Virus record (IMG/VR): IMGVR_UViG_3300013901_000005
Coordinates: 32,001 to 96,000 of that record
Source: a virus
Taxonomy: Duplodnaviria; Caudoviricetes
Strand: one strand, 5' to 3'
DNA: 64,000 bases
Each line of letters begins with the position of its first letter. Within the stretch, counting starts at the first letter, position 1. Below the pieces are notes generated by a model. It saw nothing but the letters and a program-made list of their open reading frames with translations, was not told the DNA's origin and ran no database searches. The position numbers and the translations under genes are program-made. Below are positions 49,301 to 61,827 of the stretch, one piece after another.

Positions 49301-52300
49301 ACAACGAGAGATGATGAGGGAAATATATGGAGATTGGATTCAAATTACAATAAAATGTATTAGATGAATCCAAATGATATTATATATGAAAAAGATGGCT
49401 AGGGAATTATAGTTACAGATAATATTGATCAATATATCAATAATTTAAATTATGATGTTATATAGTTTTCTAGAGGTATTACCCAAAATTCGGAAAATGC
49501 AATAGAAACTTTACAAAATTATTTGAATTTATTAAAAGAATCAAATAATAATACTGCAAATAATATTTATAATGAATTAAATTACGAACTATATGATAGT
49601 GGTGTATTTAGCGCAAATTATGAGGATTAGTTTTTTGAAAATGTTAACAGAATTAATACTACAGATTTAAGTGATACTACTAGTTTTCTATATAAACGTA
49701 GTTAGGAAAAGTATAATTCGTTCTTAACAGCTTTAAATATTGTAGCAGCTCGTGTTCCAGCATAGTCAATGTAGTCATTCATGGCAATGAAAATAGTTGC
49801 TTTTGAAAACGCGGATGTCAATACAGTATATGTCAATACAATGTAGCTTCTTTTACAAGGTTCAGATTTTGATATTGATACAGTAAATCTTGTTACATAT
49901 GATATTAATAGCAATGGATTAATAGATTTGCCATCACCTTTTGCAAAAATAGATTCATAGGAACATATAATGTAGTCTTTTAGTCTTCCTTTCCCAACTG
50001 GAAGAACAATCTCTCTTGATGAAAAAATAAATTCATCAGATGCGATATATAGTATATTATCAAAATACAGAGGATTATTTACATTGAGTTTCCAGCAAAA
50101 TAAAGATGGATCCCTTAATTTTGAAAATGCAAATATAAATATTAATCCAGAGCAACTTGATTTGTTAGCTGAGTTCTTAAAAGATGGATCTGAATTGAGA
50201 TTGCTTGATGAAAATAATTTGGGAATTTCGTTTGAAAATCAAAATTATAATATTATATTTGGTCAAGACGAACAACAGTTTAATATTAATAATACACATA
50301 ATCTTAATATTATATTAAAAGCGCTTATATTACAAGTAGTTAACAAACATAATTTGTATTTTAACACATTATCTTATAATAAAATAGAAAGAATCGTAAA
50401 TAACTATTCAACAGCAAATATGATTGCAACTATACGGACTCCAATTAACCAATGGTAGGGTCACGTATCAGTAGATGGAACGACAGGCCCAATAAAAGAA
50501 ATTGGAAATCAATCAAATAATTCAAAATTGGTAAAAGAAAGAACCGCTGGTAATTTCTTAAATCAGATTGAAAGTATAACGGATAATTAGATTGGTAAAA
50601 AATGTATTGGTATTTGTGCCGTTGCCCTTAAATCGTTTTTTGCAACTACGCATTATTGCAATACAATATTAAATAATGGGAATTTAAATGAATAGTTTAG
50701 CCTTTATAATAATATTGCATTTACTGACAAAAATGGAAGACAAAACTATTACAAAGTAATTGCAAATATACGTGCTAAAAATGTAAATTCAATAACAAAT
50801 CAAGAATTATTAAGTGCAATTGCAACAGCACAATATAATGAAGAAGATGCAGCAGTATTATTAAGTGCCTTACTTTCTCTTAGTACGGATAATGCAAAAG
50901 AGCTTACACTGGCAAAATTAAATGCTGTTTAGTAGATGATTTCTTTATATTTGTATGGAATATCAATTGGAATACCATTTTCTGATCTTGCAAATACAAT
51001 TATGTCTCCTGCTGGAGATATTGTTATAAAAGCAATGTAGGGAAATATGTTTACTGGAAAAAGTGATTTTATGCGCATTTCTGATCCTGTATTTACTTTT
51101 ATAGAAAGTTGTGAGGACAAGAATTTATTGATGTTCAATAAAAGTTATCTTTCTACTAGTGATCGTATAATACCTGCATATAATAAATTGTTAGAATAGT
51201 TAAGAATAGAATATGATGATTAGCAATTTAAAAATAAATCTCTTGGCAGTATATTAGGTATATTGGTGTATTCTGGTAATAGTCCAAAAGATATAAGTGA
51301 ATTAATTGATAAACAAATTCATATAATATTAAGTAATGCTCCAAAAAATACAAAATAGCTACAATCAGTACAACAATTATATGCTTTAAAAAAACGGGCA
51401 ATGTAGGCAGTAGATAATCTGTATACTCTCGTATAGGATCCGGTATAGTCTAGAAATTATGATAATATAAAAACTCTTACAGAAGGAGCTTCGGAAATTT
51501 ATGTTTTAGGTAGACTATTAGGATTGAATTAGGGTATTAGAACAGAAGGTGCTAGGTATATTAGTTAGTTAAATACATTGAAGTATGCAGTTTATAATAA
51601 AAAAGTTGCTTAGGATCGAAGTCATGACGATATTATTGATATTGAAAAATATTGTGTAGATCCAGAATATAGAGCATAGTGTATTAAAGAATATGAATCT
51701 GTAAAAACTGCAATAAATATTCTTGATGTGCTTAATAAAAGTCCACATTTTAGTTCTTATCTTGCAAATCTAGCAGAAAGTTTAGCGATACATAAGTAGG
51801 GATATAAATTTAGAACTATTTATAATAATGTATTACAATTATCAGAAGAATTTAAAATTCCATAGGATTAGGCTACAAGAGGATTAACAAATCTTATAGG
51901 AGATACAATAATCAACAATTATTTATAGGGAAATAATATATCTGTTGTAATAGATGCTGGAGCAAGATTATTTACATCGGAAGAATCTTCTGTTATTGTT
52001 TAGGCGCCTAGTAAAATAAGACTTGGAAATTCATTGAATAATGCCACTTTTAAAAATTGGGTAGAAACTAATCTTATTGCAGAATTAAAAGAACGGCCTG
52101 AGTTAAAAGATAATAAATTTATTTAGGATTTAGTATATGATTTAAATACTAGGACAATTTCTCATAATCCAGAAAATATAATAACCCTTCCATCGACAAT
52201 GCTTCCAAGAACAGATGCGGAAAGGACTTTGTTTAATGAATATAAATAGGCATTTAATCAGTTATCAATATATACTAAAAATGGAATTCCACTTACAGAT

Positions 52301-53014
52301 ATATTTATTTTATATGGAATGATTGTAAATAAATGGAAACTTTCAGAACGTTCTTTAGTTCCTTTGTTTTAGGATTTTAAAGGCACTGGGCTTATTAATA
52401 AATTTTATAAATACGAAACGGATCTAGATGCCAGTGGCGATTCTTTGGATATAGAAAATATGAATGAAAATTTAAAGGCTGCTTATTTAGCGAAACCAGA
52501 AAGTCCTTATTATTCCAGAGCAAAATACATATGGTATAAAGATCCAGAGTCGAAGTTATATAAATTAATGAAACATGTATTTGTGGACACATCTACATAT
52601 GGAGAAGACTTTTAGGATTTTGATTTTTCAGATTTTGATCTGATGGATACTGATTTTAGCCCAATAGATGAAAACAACCTAGGAAGGGTAATACCAAAAG
52701 ATTGGGAGATAATGTAGGAAATTCCAAATCCAAAGAAATTCCCTACTGGTGATTTGTTTAAAGAAAGTACAATTATTAAGCGTATAAATAATGAAGCTGG
52801 ACTTGGTATTGGAATAGAATATTATAATAATGGAGATATTAAACGTATCCAAAAATTTGAGCGTAAAAATGGTCATTGGGTTGTATCTAAAGAAATTTCT
52901 GATTTATATATTAATAAAAATAAATTATTAATGCGAGATCCTGGAACAAACTAGATAGTACCAAATGAAGAATTAATATAGAATATGATTTAGGAAAATT
53001 CTTGTAAATTATGA
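43400..53014 (+). CDS. virion RNA polymerase of crAss-like phages (~3204 aa; TAG=Gln)
   Basis: ARVPAQSMQS and GSDFDID (49865-49879) catalytic motifs; also FDGATF, GIQLDKEH and LSLSTDNAKEL. Confidence 0.88.
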
Positions 53015-54069
53015 GTTGTATAAATACAAAAACCAGCGAGTACCAGACCCTCGAAAAGAGGGCTGGTAACTCTGCTTTATATCTTGAAGGCTAGAGTTCT
53101 AGATATATGGATAAATATGGAAGGCTCCCATATCTTGATGAAGTTATGGGAGCAGATTCTAGTAAATTTCTAAAAAAAGAATTAAATATTAAAGGAAGAA
53201 GTACAGATATTAAAAATATATTAGATTATACAAAATCAGATAGTATAGAAGAATCAGTAATAAAAATTAATGATTAGTTTAGAGACTAGGAAACACAGAT
53301 TCTTCCGATGAATAAAAAGGCACTTGTCATATAGACAAAAAGGCCAGAGGTTGGATTGGATATTGATGATAATTTAAAATAGATAGACACTGCTTCTTCT
53401 AGTCCACTTATCATGAATAATATGCTATAGAAACTTTCCGATTTATATGGTATTAAATTTCACGAAATATCAAATTAGGAACTTTTATCAGATGAATGGG
53501 CAGATAAAATAGAAAATGGCCATTTAGTCAAAGGATTTGTTTATAATGGGGAAATATATATAAATATAGATAATGCTACAGTAGACACAAAAATTCACGA
53601 ATTAATGCATATATTTGTTGGAGCAATGAGATTTTAGGATCCAAATATATATTAGCAATTAGTAGATTCTGTATAGAGTTTTGAAAATTACGATTATTTG
53701 GTTAGCTAGTTTCATAATCGTACAAGATCAGATATTAATGAGGAGATTTTTGTAGAGGAAGTATCAAAATATATTGCAGGATAGCCTTCAAAAATAAATG
53801 AGTTATCTGAAAAACTAAGGCATGAAATAGAATATAATGTAAATAGAGTGTTAGATTCTTCGCTTATGGGGAGCTATACTGTAAAAGCAATATAGAAAAA
53901 TAGAATTGGAAATTTAACTTTAAAATAGGCTGCAAAAATTACAAATTCTGAATTATGTTAGAACAGAACGGAATAGATAATTGAATTAAAAAATTCTGAA
54001 TTACATAGAAAATTAAATAATATAAAATCAGAATTACTAGAAAATGGATCATTAATAGAATAGTGTTGA
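53011..54069 (+). CDS. zincin-like metallopeptidase-domain protein (352 aa; TAG=Gln)
   Basis: KGFVYNGEIYIN...HELMH (53596-53610)...EEIFVE. Confidence 0.75.
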
Positions 54070-54070
54070 T

Positions 54071-57000
54071 ATGGCTTGTGTATATTTATATAAAAATCAT
54101 ATATTTAAAAATGAGAATGAGCTAGATGATTTTATATTAGACTCATTACCTTATGAATCAAAATATGGAGATTTAGTATTTTAGGTTACAAAGGAATAGA
54201 TGCGGGTTATAGATTAGATAGAATAGATTAACACAACAAATAAATAGTTAAAAGAAAAAGCCAAAGAATGGCGTAAAAATAATAAATATATATATGGAGA
54301 GGATGGCGAAATGACTATTTCCGATCCACCCTATATTGGTGTTACCAGTTTCCTTTCTGGTTTAAAAAATTCAAAAGGAGAACTTCTTTTCCCAGAATTT
54401 AGGGAAAAAGAATATTGGGAAAGAGAATTTCAAAATTGGGAAACTGGAAAATTCAGTGATTCCGAAATAGAGGAATTTGGAATTGATAAGGATAATCCAC
54501 CAAAAATAACAGATCGTGTAGAATAGGAAGCGAAAATGAACCAAATGAAAAATAGGTGGAAAAATCAGGCAGAAATAGGTACTGCAATCCATAATGTTTT
54601 TCAAATTATTTTTCAAAAAGATGGTGATAATTATAATTTTACAAAATCAGAAAATGATTTAAAATTATATATATTAAAAAATTTAGAACAAAAAAACAAG
54701 AAATTTATTACAGATAATGTATTAAATAATACAATTAAATACGCATTAGAATTTAAAGATAAATTATAGAAAGAATTAGATGATGAAGATTTACAATTTT
54801 ACACAGAGCTCTAGTTGGCATAGGATGCGGTAAATCCAGAAACTGGTAAAACGTAGACGCTTTTTGGTATTATTGACCTATTGATTGTAGATAGTAAAGG
54901 CAAATGCCATATTCTCGATTATAAAACTTCTGTGCATAATTATGCAGATTTTGGTGCTCCAAAAAAATATGCGTATAGTTATCAGATAGCTACTTACCAG
55001 CGTATGCTAGAAAGATAGGGCATAAACTCATATGAAGGAAAATTATTTATAGCTCCAGTCCATTTATTAGGATTTAAAAAGAATGGAAACGAATATTCAA
55101 TAGATGGAATTGATACAGAATCTGTTCTTATAAATCAAGGGTTAGAAATGTCATAGGAAAAAGTGTTAGAAAATATAGAAGACTTTATGCCAGCACCTTT
55201 TTCAGTAAATGTAGGAACAAAAGATATAAACGAGACTGACTCTAAATTTATGTCTGCATGTTTTAAAGACTATTCTGATTCTAGAGTTGTTGATGAAAAA
55301 TCAACAATAAAATTTCTTAAAGATCGCGGTATTCTTACACCAAATGAAAATGGATTATATAGATTTTATAAACATGATAAAGATTCGGTTATCGAAACAA
55401 ATGATGAGGAATCTTTTATTAAATAGGTTACTACTTATTTTAGAACACTTCCAAAAAAACGTTTAGTACTTACTGGGCAGATAAAAGACGCTCTTAAAAA
55501 GGGAATGAAAGATGGTTATAAATCGATGGATTTACCAAGTATCCGGTATAAAGACAATGCCAAAGACTTGAATTGGCTATAGGATATGCTTAAAATATAT
55601 TGTGATGGAAATTGGGAAGTTGTTGATAAACCAGAAATAGAAGGTTTTGGTCTTATAATGTTAAAAACAAAAGGAGAACCAAAATAGATTGACTTTCTTA
55701 GAGTATGTACAAATAACCTATCTGAAAATTATACTACATATATGCAAAAAGACAATCCATTTCGTTCCAGAACTGGACTAACTGGAGCTTTTTAGACTGA
55801 TATTGAAGCTATTTCAAAAGGCGGAAACATACGTATGCATGATGGATTTAACATATCAGAATCAAAAACACTTATGGCTGAAGCAACATAGGGAAATATA
55901 GAACTTATGGAATCAATGGCAATTATTAATTGCCTTACTGGATTGGAAGGGCATATTATAGGACGTATATAGGCAGTAAATCCTGTATATGGAAATGGTA
56001 TGTCACTTTCAAACGAATAGCTTATGTATTGTTTTTCAGAACTTACAAAACTAGATCCGACACATTCTATAGAAAATAATAAATTTGATACTGGAGAATT
56101 AAAATTAGCCACTAAATACGAAATAGCAAAATAGGATTTCAGACTTATAATGTAGGCAGCAGAAAACCATGATTATAAGGATGAATACGCAGGATTATAG
56201 AAATTTAAATCAGCAATACCAGTATTTTTATAGGATATAGAAGGTAATACACAAAAGAAAATAGAGGCGCTTTAGAAAATTTTGGATAAATTAAATGGAG
56301 ATAGGACAATAGCTTCGAAATTGCAAAGATATTCTACGCATTTTTCTGAAAATAATGAGGCTTACAGACAGTTATATAATGATATATTAATTGCAATAGC
56401 ATAGTTAAAAGGTATTAATTTCAGATAGCAAATTTCCGATAATAGTAAATTTATTGAATCTATAAGAATATGGGAAAACGGTCTTTCCGGAACAAATATA
56501 GACAATCCTGGAAATATGAAGTCCGAAACTTTAAATTCAATACAATAGTTATTAAAAGAGGCATATTAGAACACTAGAAACGAAATGCAGAAATTCAGAG
56601 TAGAAGTAGAGGAAAAATTACATAATTTCAAAAAAGCAAAAGATTTTTCTGCTATTAAATAGAGAGCATTTGGAAATTAGACAAAATTATATACTGATTT
56701 ATATAGGGAAACTAAGAATGGAGATCTATTATTTAAACGTGAAGATGAACTTTAGGATGATGCATCAAAAAGGCTGCTTAGATATGCGCTTGATATTATT
56801 AATCATAATAGATATCCACTTAAATCTGAAAAAGAACTGCAACAAATGAGAGATAATGGAGATTATGATTATTATAAAGTTCCTCTTCTTATAGGAGATA
56901 GATAGTCTAGAATTGCCTTAAAAGGCATAGTATATGGATTTAAAGATTTTTTAAAAATTCTTAATCCACACGAGGCATATCGTAGAACAAGACAAAGGTT

Positions 57001-58858
57001 TGAAGGATTAGGAGAAGACTTTGAAAAAGCCGATAGAGATTCTAGTAAAAACTAGGAATTGTATTTCAAAATGACAAATATGTTTGATGAAGGAGAAGAT
57101 TATGATAGATTAGCAGCAATAACAAGAGCAGGAGGAGTTTAGAATATTGAACGAAATTTAGAGACAATATTGTTTAAACACCAATTAGCATATTCAATTT
57201 AGAGGAATGTAGACTAGGTATTCCCTATTATTAAAGCTGCTACCATTTCACTTACAATGGATGGAAATGTCTAGAATAAATCTTTTGATGATACTCTCGA
57301 ATATATTGAAGAATTTATTAAAAACAAAATACAAAATAAATCAATTGTTAACCCAAAATTCAGAATTGCCGATTAGATATTACGTTCATTTAGAGGGTTT
57401 GCGTCAAAGGCTACATTAGCTTTTGCACCAGTATAGTTGTTTTATTAGCCTTTATAGGGATTATGGTAGAGTATAAGCCTTTTTATAAGAAAGCCAGATG
57501 GATCACACGCTTTTACATTATCTAATTTAACAAAGGCATATAAATTGGCATATTCGGATTTAGGTCATTTCTCAGAAAATCCATCTTTTTGTCAGTTAAT
57601 AAATTAGACTTTTGGATTAAATGATATGGATATAAATGATTATAATAACCGTATTTCGGAAAGTAAACGAGGAATATGGAACTTCGAGTAGCTTATGATG
57701 AAATTTTCACAAAGACCTGATTATTATAATCGTTTGGTTATATTTCTATCATAGATGATGGGTGATGGTTGTATTGATGCTTATTCAGTAGAAAACGGAC
57801 AATTAAAATATGATTGGAAAAAAGATAAACGTTTTAATCTTTTTGCAAATGGAATAAATAAAGGGAGTACAGAATACAACAAATAGAAGGCTTTGTATTA
57901 TGCGATTGCAAAACAATTTGTAAATGAGCATGCAAAAAATGCCGATGGTACTAATTTTGAATTAAATATGGATAATCCAATGGCTCTTCCATCAGCATAT
58001 ACAGTATAGCAGGCAGAAAGCTACAAATCTTTGGCAGATGACATTTATGGTTATTATTCTCATGAAAATAAATCATTGGTATAGTCAACTTTAGTAGGTG
58101 CATTATGGATGCAATTTAAAACTTATTGGTCTGGAAAGAAAAATCAATATTTAGCTCCAGGAGGAATAAAAATGAGAGGAAGTTGGCAACAATATGAAGA
58201 AAATGGCAAAAAATATTATTATCAAGTGGATGGATCTGGTAATATATTATTTGATTAGCCATTAACAACTGACGAAACTTCTGCTCCATATATGATATGG
58301 AAAGGATAGTGGTAGGAAGGAATTGTATTGACAATACATGATTTTGCAAAAAATGCAATATAGAAAAAATCTATAAAAGATGCATGGACTGAGATGTGGA
58401 ATAATGACAATGAGATGCTAAAAAATGTCCATAGAAGTAATATAAAATAGTTAGGATATGACTTATTTATGTTTGCCGTAATGGGTAATATTATTGCTTT
58501 CCTTTTAGGTGGATTATTGGACGACCAAAAGAAAAAAGCAAAAGAATCTAGAAATATACGAGATGGTCTTTTGGCAGCCGCTTTAAATGTTATGGTAATG
58601 TCATCAAAAAGTTCATTTAGCGATCTTAATGCAATGACATCAATTGGAAATCCAGTATTTCAGTGGACACCATTTACATTTGAATGGGGTTAGCAAAAAC
58701 TAAAAACTTTATATAAAGTAGCAATAGGAGATGAAGATTTCCAAGATGGTGTTGTAAATTCATTTGGAGCACTTCGATAGATTAAACCATTATTAGATAC
58801 AGTTAAACCAGAAATGTTTAGAACAGAGCGTGAAGGTGGAACCTTCGATGCAGATTAA
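54071..58858 (+). CDS. giant virion protein (~1595 aa) with PD-(D/E)xK nuclease-like domain (TAG=Gln)
   Basis: GTAIH, GIIDLLIVD...ILDYKTS and YQIATY motifs; hydrophobic helix near the C-terminus. Confidence 0.8.
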
Positions 58859-58914
58859 AAAAAATAAGCCCGACAGCAAAGGATTTTACTCCAATGCTGT
58901 CGGGCTTTCTTTAT
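58859..58914. terminator. bidirectional terminator between convergent gene blocks
   Basis: AGCCCGACAGCA/TGCTGTCGGGCT 12-bp stem, with an A run on the left and a T-rich tail on the right. Confidence 0.85.
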
Positions 58915-59192
58915 ATTAGTTTTTGTGCTTTAAATTTCTCAATAATAATTGAATAATCATCTGGTTTTATAGAAAAAATATATTCTGAATCTTTTTGCTT
59001 CAAAAGAATAGTTTTACTGAATTCAGATTGACATATATCTATATCATCACATATTTCTGCAGCACATATAATTGCGTTAATACTTATTCCAGTTACATCA
59101 ACTCTTTTTTCTACATTATTTAACAATCCATATAAACCACATTTTAGATATTTCAATCCATTATCAAAATCGTGTGTATACATATTATTCAT
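58911..59192 (-). CDS. hypothetical protein
   Basis: 93-aa ORF in a tightly packed operon. Confidence 0.7.
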   Translation of the reverse strand: MNNMYTHDFDNGLKYLKCGLYGLLNNVEKRVDVTGISINAIICAAEICDDIDICQSEFSKTILLKQKDSEYIFSIKPDDYSIIIEKFKAQKLI

Positions 59193-59514
59193 AAGTTATA
59201 TAATTTATCATAATTGAATCAATCATATGTACTATTATTTTATCATCCTCAATAGTTAACACATAAAAATTATATCCATATATACATATAATATTATTGT
59301 CTTTTTTAGATATTATAGTAATTGTTTTATCACTTTTTATAATACCATAAACAATATCAAAATTTATGTTTTTTATAGTTACTTCCAAAGGATTATCTGG
59401 ATTTATTGACTTATAAAATAGTATATTGCGAATACCTTTCTGTAATTTACCAATACCATCTTTTATTTCATATGAATATTTATAATCCCTCGTTAAGCTG
59501 TCTAATCCGTTCAT
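59185..59514 (-). CDS. hypothetical protein
   Basis: ORF overlapping both neighbours; start uncertain. Confidence 0.65.
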   Translation of the reverse strand: MNGLDSLTRDYKYSYEIKDGIGKLQKGIRNILFYKSINPDNPLEVTIKNINFDIVYGIIKSDKTITIISKKDNNIICIYGYNFYVLTIEDDKIIVHMIDSIMINYITYE

Positions 59515-59764
59515 TACAAATATGTATAATTTTATTATAGTCCATAATTCTAGAATCTCTTTCTGGTATTCCAGGTTCTTTTTTTGTCCTTAAAACCCTT
59601 TTAATAATATCTGCATCCCAGGCATTTAGATTATAATCAATCCAAATTGACCATGGTTGGATAATATGTTCAGAATAATTGCTATTACCGATATTACCAT
59701 CCCTAATACCAGTATTATCAATTATTCCAAGCTGTTCAAGCCTTTTTTCAAATTCGTCAATCAT
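59480..59764 (-). CDS. DUF3310-like phage protein
   Basis: IGNSNYSEHIIQPWSIW...LNAWDADIIKRVLR...DYNKIIH. Confidence 0.65.
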   Translation of the reverse strand: MIDEFEKRLEQLGIIDNTGIRDGNIGNSNYSEHIIQPWSIWIDYNLNAWDADIIKRVLRTKKEPGIPERDSRIMDYNKIIHICNERIRQLNEGL

Positions 59765-59815
59765 CTCCTCTGGCGTATATTATTAATACAAATATTAATA
59801 TAATTAAAATTGCGG

Positions 59816-60472
59816 TTACCATTGTATCCAGGTTAAACAATTTACGTTATTCTGTATCTGATATTCTATTTTTGATTTTAATTCCAAAAATGATATTGGC
59901 CTATAATAGTTAAAATCAACTCCTACGTCATATTGATTTGGGAAAAGTAATTTTAACCTTTCGAAATCCTTTCCAGTATTCTTATCTTTAAATACATTTA
60001 AATGAACGTGGCCAAATAATTGCCAAGGCTGATTATTCTTTTTATATGTACCATCAAGGCATAAATATGGATAATGATTTAAATATATTTTTTGATCATC
60101 AATTATAAGTGTCATTTGCTCACTAACTCCATCAAAAAGTTTCATTGTTTTCTCTCCAGGATATCGACTTCGATCGTGATTTCCTAAAATTAGATAATGA
60201 TAACCATTTAATTGATTCAAAAGTTCTTTCCAGCGCCCGTTTGAAGCAAATGCAAAATCTCCTAAATCAAACACGATATCATTAGGTTTGACAAATCTAT
60301 TCCAGTTTTGAATAATATTTGAATCCATATCCTCGGTTGTTTCCCAAGGTCTTTGACAAAACTTTAGAATGTTTTTATGTCCAAAATGCAGTTACAGGTC
60401 GGAGGTGAACCATATATTCACCTCCGACGACTTCAAAATTAAAGGTTTAACATTTTTAAATATATTTTCCAT
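59816..60472 (-). CDS. calcineurin-like metallophosphoesterase interrupted by an in-frame TAA (recoded gene or pseudogene)
   Basis: MENIF...IWFTSDL*LHFGHKNI...LGDF...GNHD...NHYP...GHVH; all other metal-binding motifs are intact. Confidence 0.82.
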
Positions 60473-61331
60473 AAATTTTTATAATTTTAGTTATATTAGA
60501 TGTGGATGTATTAAATTTTTTCGATATATCTTTATTTCTTATTCCAGCTTTATAAGCCTATAAGACTTTTTCTCTTAATCTAGATGCGATAACATATTTA
60601 CTAGTATAATTTAAATTAATAATATCCCATTTTCTAGTTAAAATAGGTATATTTAAACTAAGTATTTTAATTTTTAATTTTTTTAGATCTTCTGTATTTG
60701 AAATTACAAGATTAGCATATCCGCTAGAATTTAATCTAGTTAAATTTTTATCAGAAATCATATTATTAAATTCTTTTAAAATAGATATCCAACTAGAATG
60801 ATTTTTTATTGTTAAATAAAAATCTTTTCTATTGAATTGATTTTTAATGCTACCATCACCATCTATAAACCCTGCTAATAAAGCATAAGTTAAATCTATA
60901 TTAAATTTTAATATCGTATTTGGAGGATTATATGTTTTCTTATCCTTAATATCAAATTTTTCTTTTATTTTACTAACTGTATCTATATCTTTATAAGCTA
61001 TTGAAATAGATTTATCTGTAACACGAATCATTCCAGTATAATTTATAAATTTAGCAAATTTATATAAATGATTAGAATCTTTAATACTTAATGTCAATAC
61101 CAATCTATTATTACAAAAACATCCATCTGCTAGCAAAAACCCCATCCAATAAAATGCCTCTGGAGTATCTAACAATAAATTAGATAAGTTTGCACAATGT
61201 TTTTCTTTCTATTTTTCTTTGCCAGCACAACTTTTGCATATAGAATTGGCTTTAATAGCATGATTATATGTTATTTCATTTTTATATATTAATCTTTTTC
61301 CACAACTTAGACAAATTCTTTCAAATTTCAT
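60456..61331 (-). CDS. free-standing double-motif LAGLIDADG homing endonuclease with N-terminal CxxC..CxxC and C-terminal HTH-like tail (TAG=Gln)
   Basis: YWMGFLLADGC and LLAGFIDGDGS motifs; frame extends through two TAGs to ATG 61331 and TAA 60456. Confidence 0.82.
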
Positions 61332-61415
61332 AACATTTATATTTTAGCATATAAAAAATAAAATTATTTATAAATAATCAATTTGTTATTTGTGACAAAA
61401 AATATTCTTCATTTG

Positions 61416-61658
61416 TCATTTTACCCATTCTTTTATTTTATCAACTGTCATTACTCCAGTAAATTTATCAACGACTTTATTATTTTCTATTTTTACAAGA
61501 GTTGGGATACTATGAATTTCATATTTATCAACAATATCTTCAGATGATGGATCTGTAGCATCTATTGATATATATTCTATTCCAGCTGATTTTAAATTCA
61601 TATCAAGGGCTTTGCATGGCCCACAGGTTGGTGAGAAAAATTTAATTATTGTTGCCAT
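61416..61658 (-). CDS. thioredoxin/glutaredoxin-like protein
   Basis: KFFSPTCGPCK and SIPTL motifs. Confidence 0.88.
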   Translation of the reverse strand: MATIIKFFSPTCGPCKALDMNLKSAGIEYISIDATDPSSEDIVDKYEIHSIPTLVKIENNKVVDKFTGVMTVDKIKEWVK

Positions 61659-61827
61659 TTTCTTTGTTAATTTCTACTACTTTTTTTAATGTTTCAATTG
61701 TTTCTGCAAATAAAGATATATATTCTTCTGGTATATTAAGAAGTTCTTTATCTATCTGCATATTTAAATAATCTACAAAATGATTTCTTAAATCATTTGT
61801 ATATTTTCCAGGATAGTATTTTGGCAT
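61642..61827 (-). CDS. hypothetical protein
   Basis: 61-aa ORF coupled to both neighbours. Confidence 0.65.
   Translation of the reverse strand: MPKYYPGKYTNDLRNHFVDYLNMQIDKELLNIPEEYISLFAETIETLKKVVEINKENGNNN

Noticed and set aside
17097-58858. Apparent mass pseudogenisation or non-coding deserts in the ORF track
   Set aside because: In the stretches read, the interruptions are TAG in a constant frame; explained by code 15.
61345-61400. Late-type promoter upstream of the LAGLIDADG gene (- strand)
   Set aside because: Shares TTGATTATTTA with the 3832 motif but lacks a correctly spaced TAnnTTTG; too weak in AT-rich DNA.
60456-61415. LAGLIDADG ORF as part of an intron or intein
   Set aside because: No P/Q/R/S core nearby, the flanking genes are separate ORFs, and there are no intein terminal residues.
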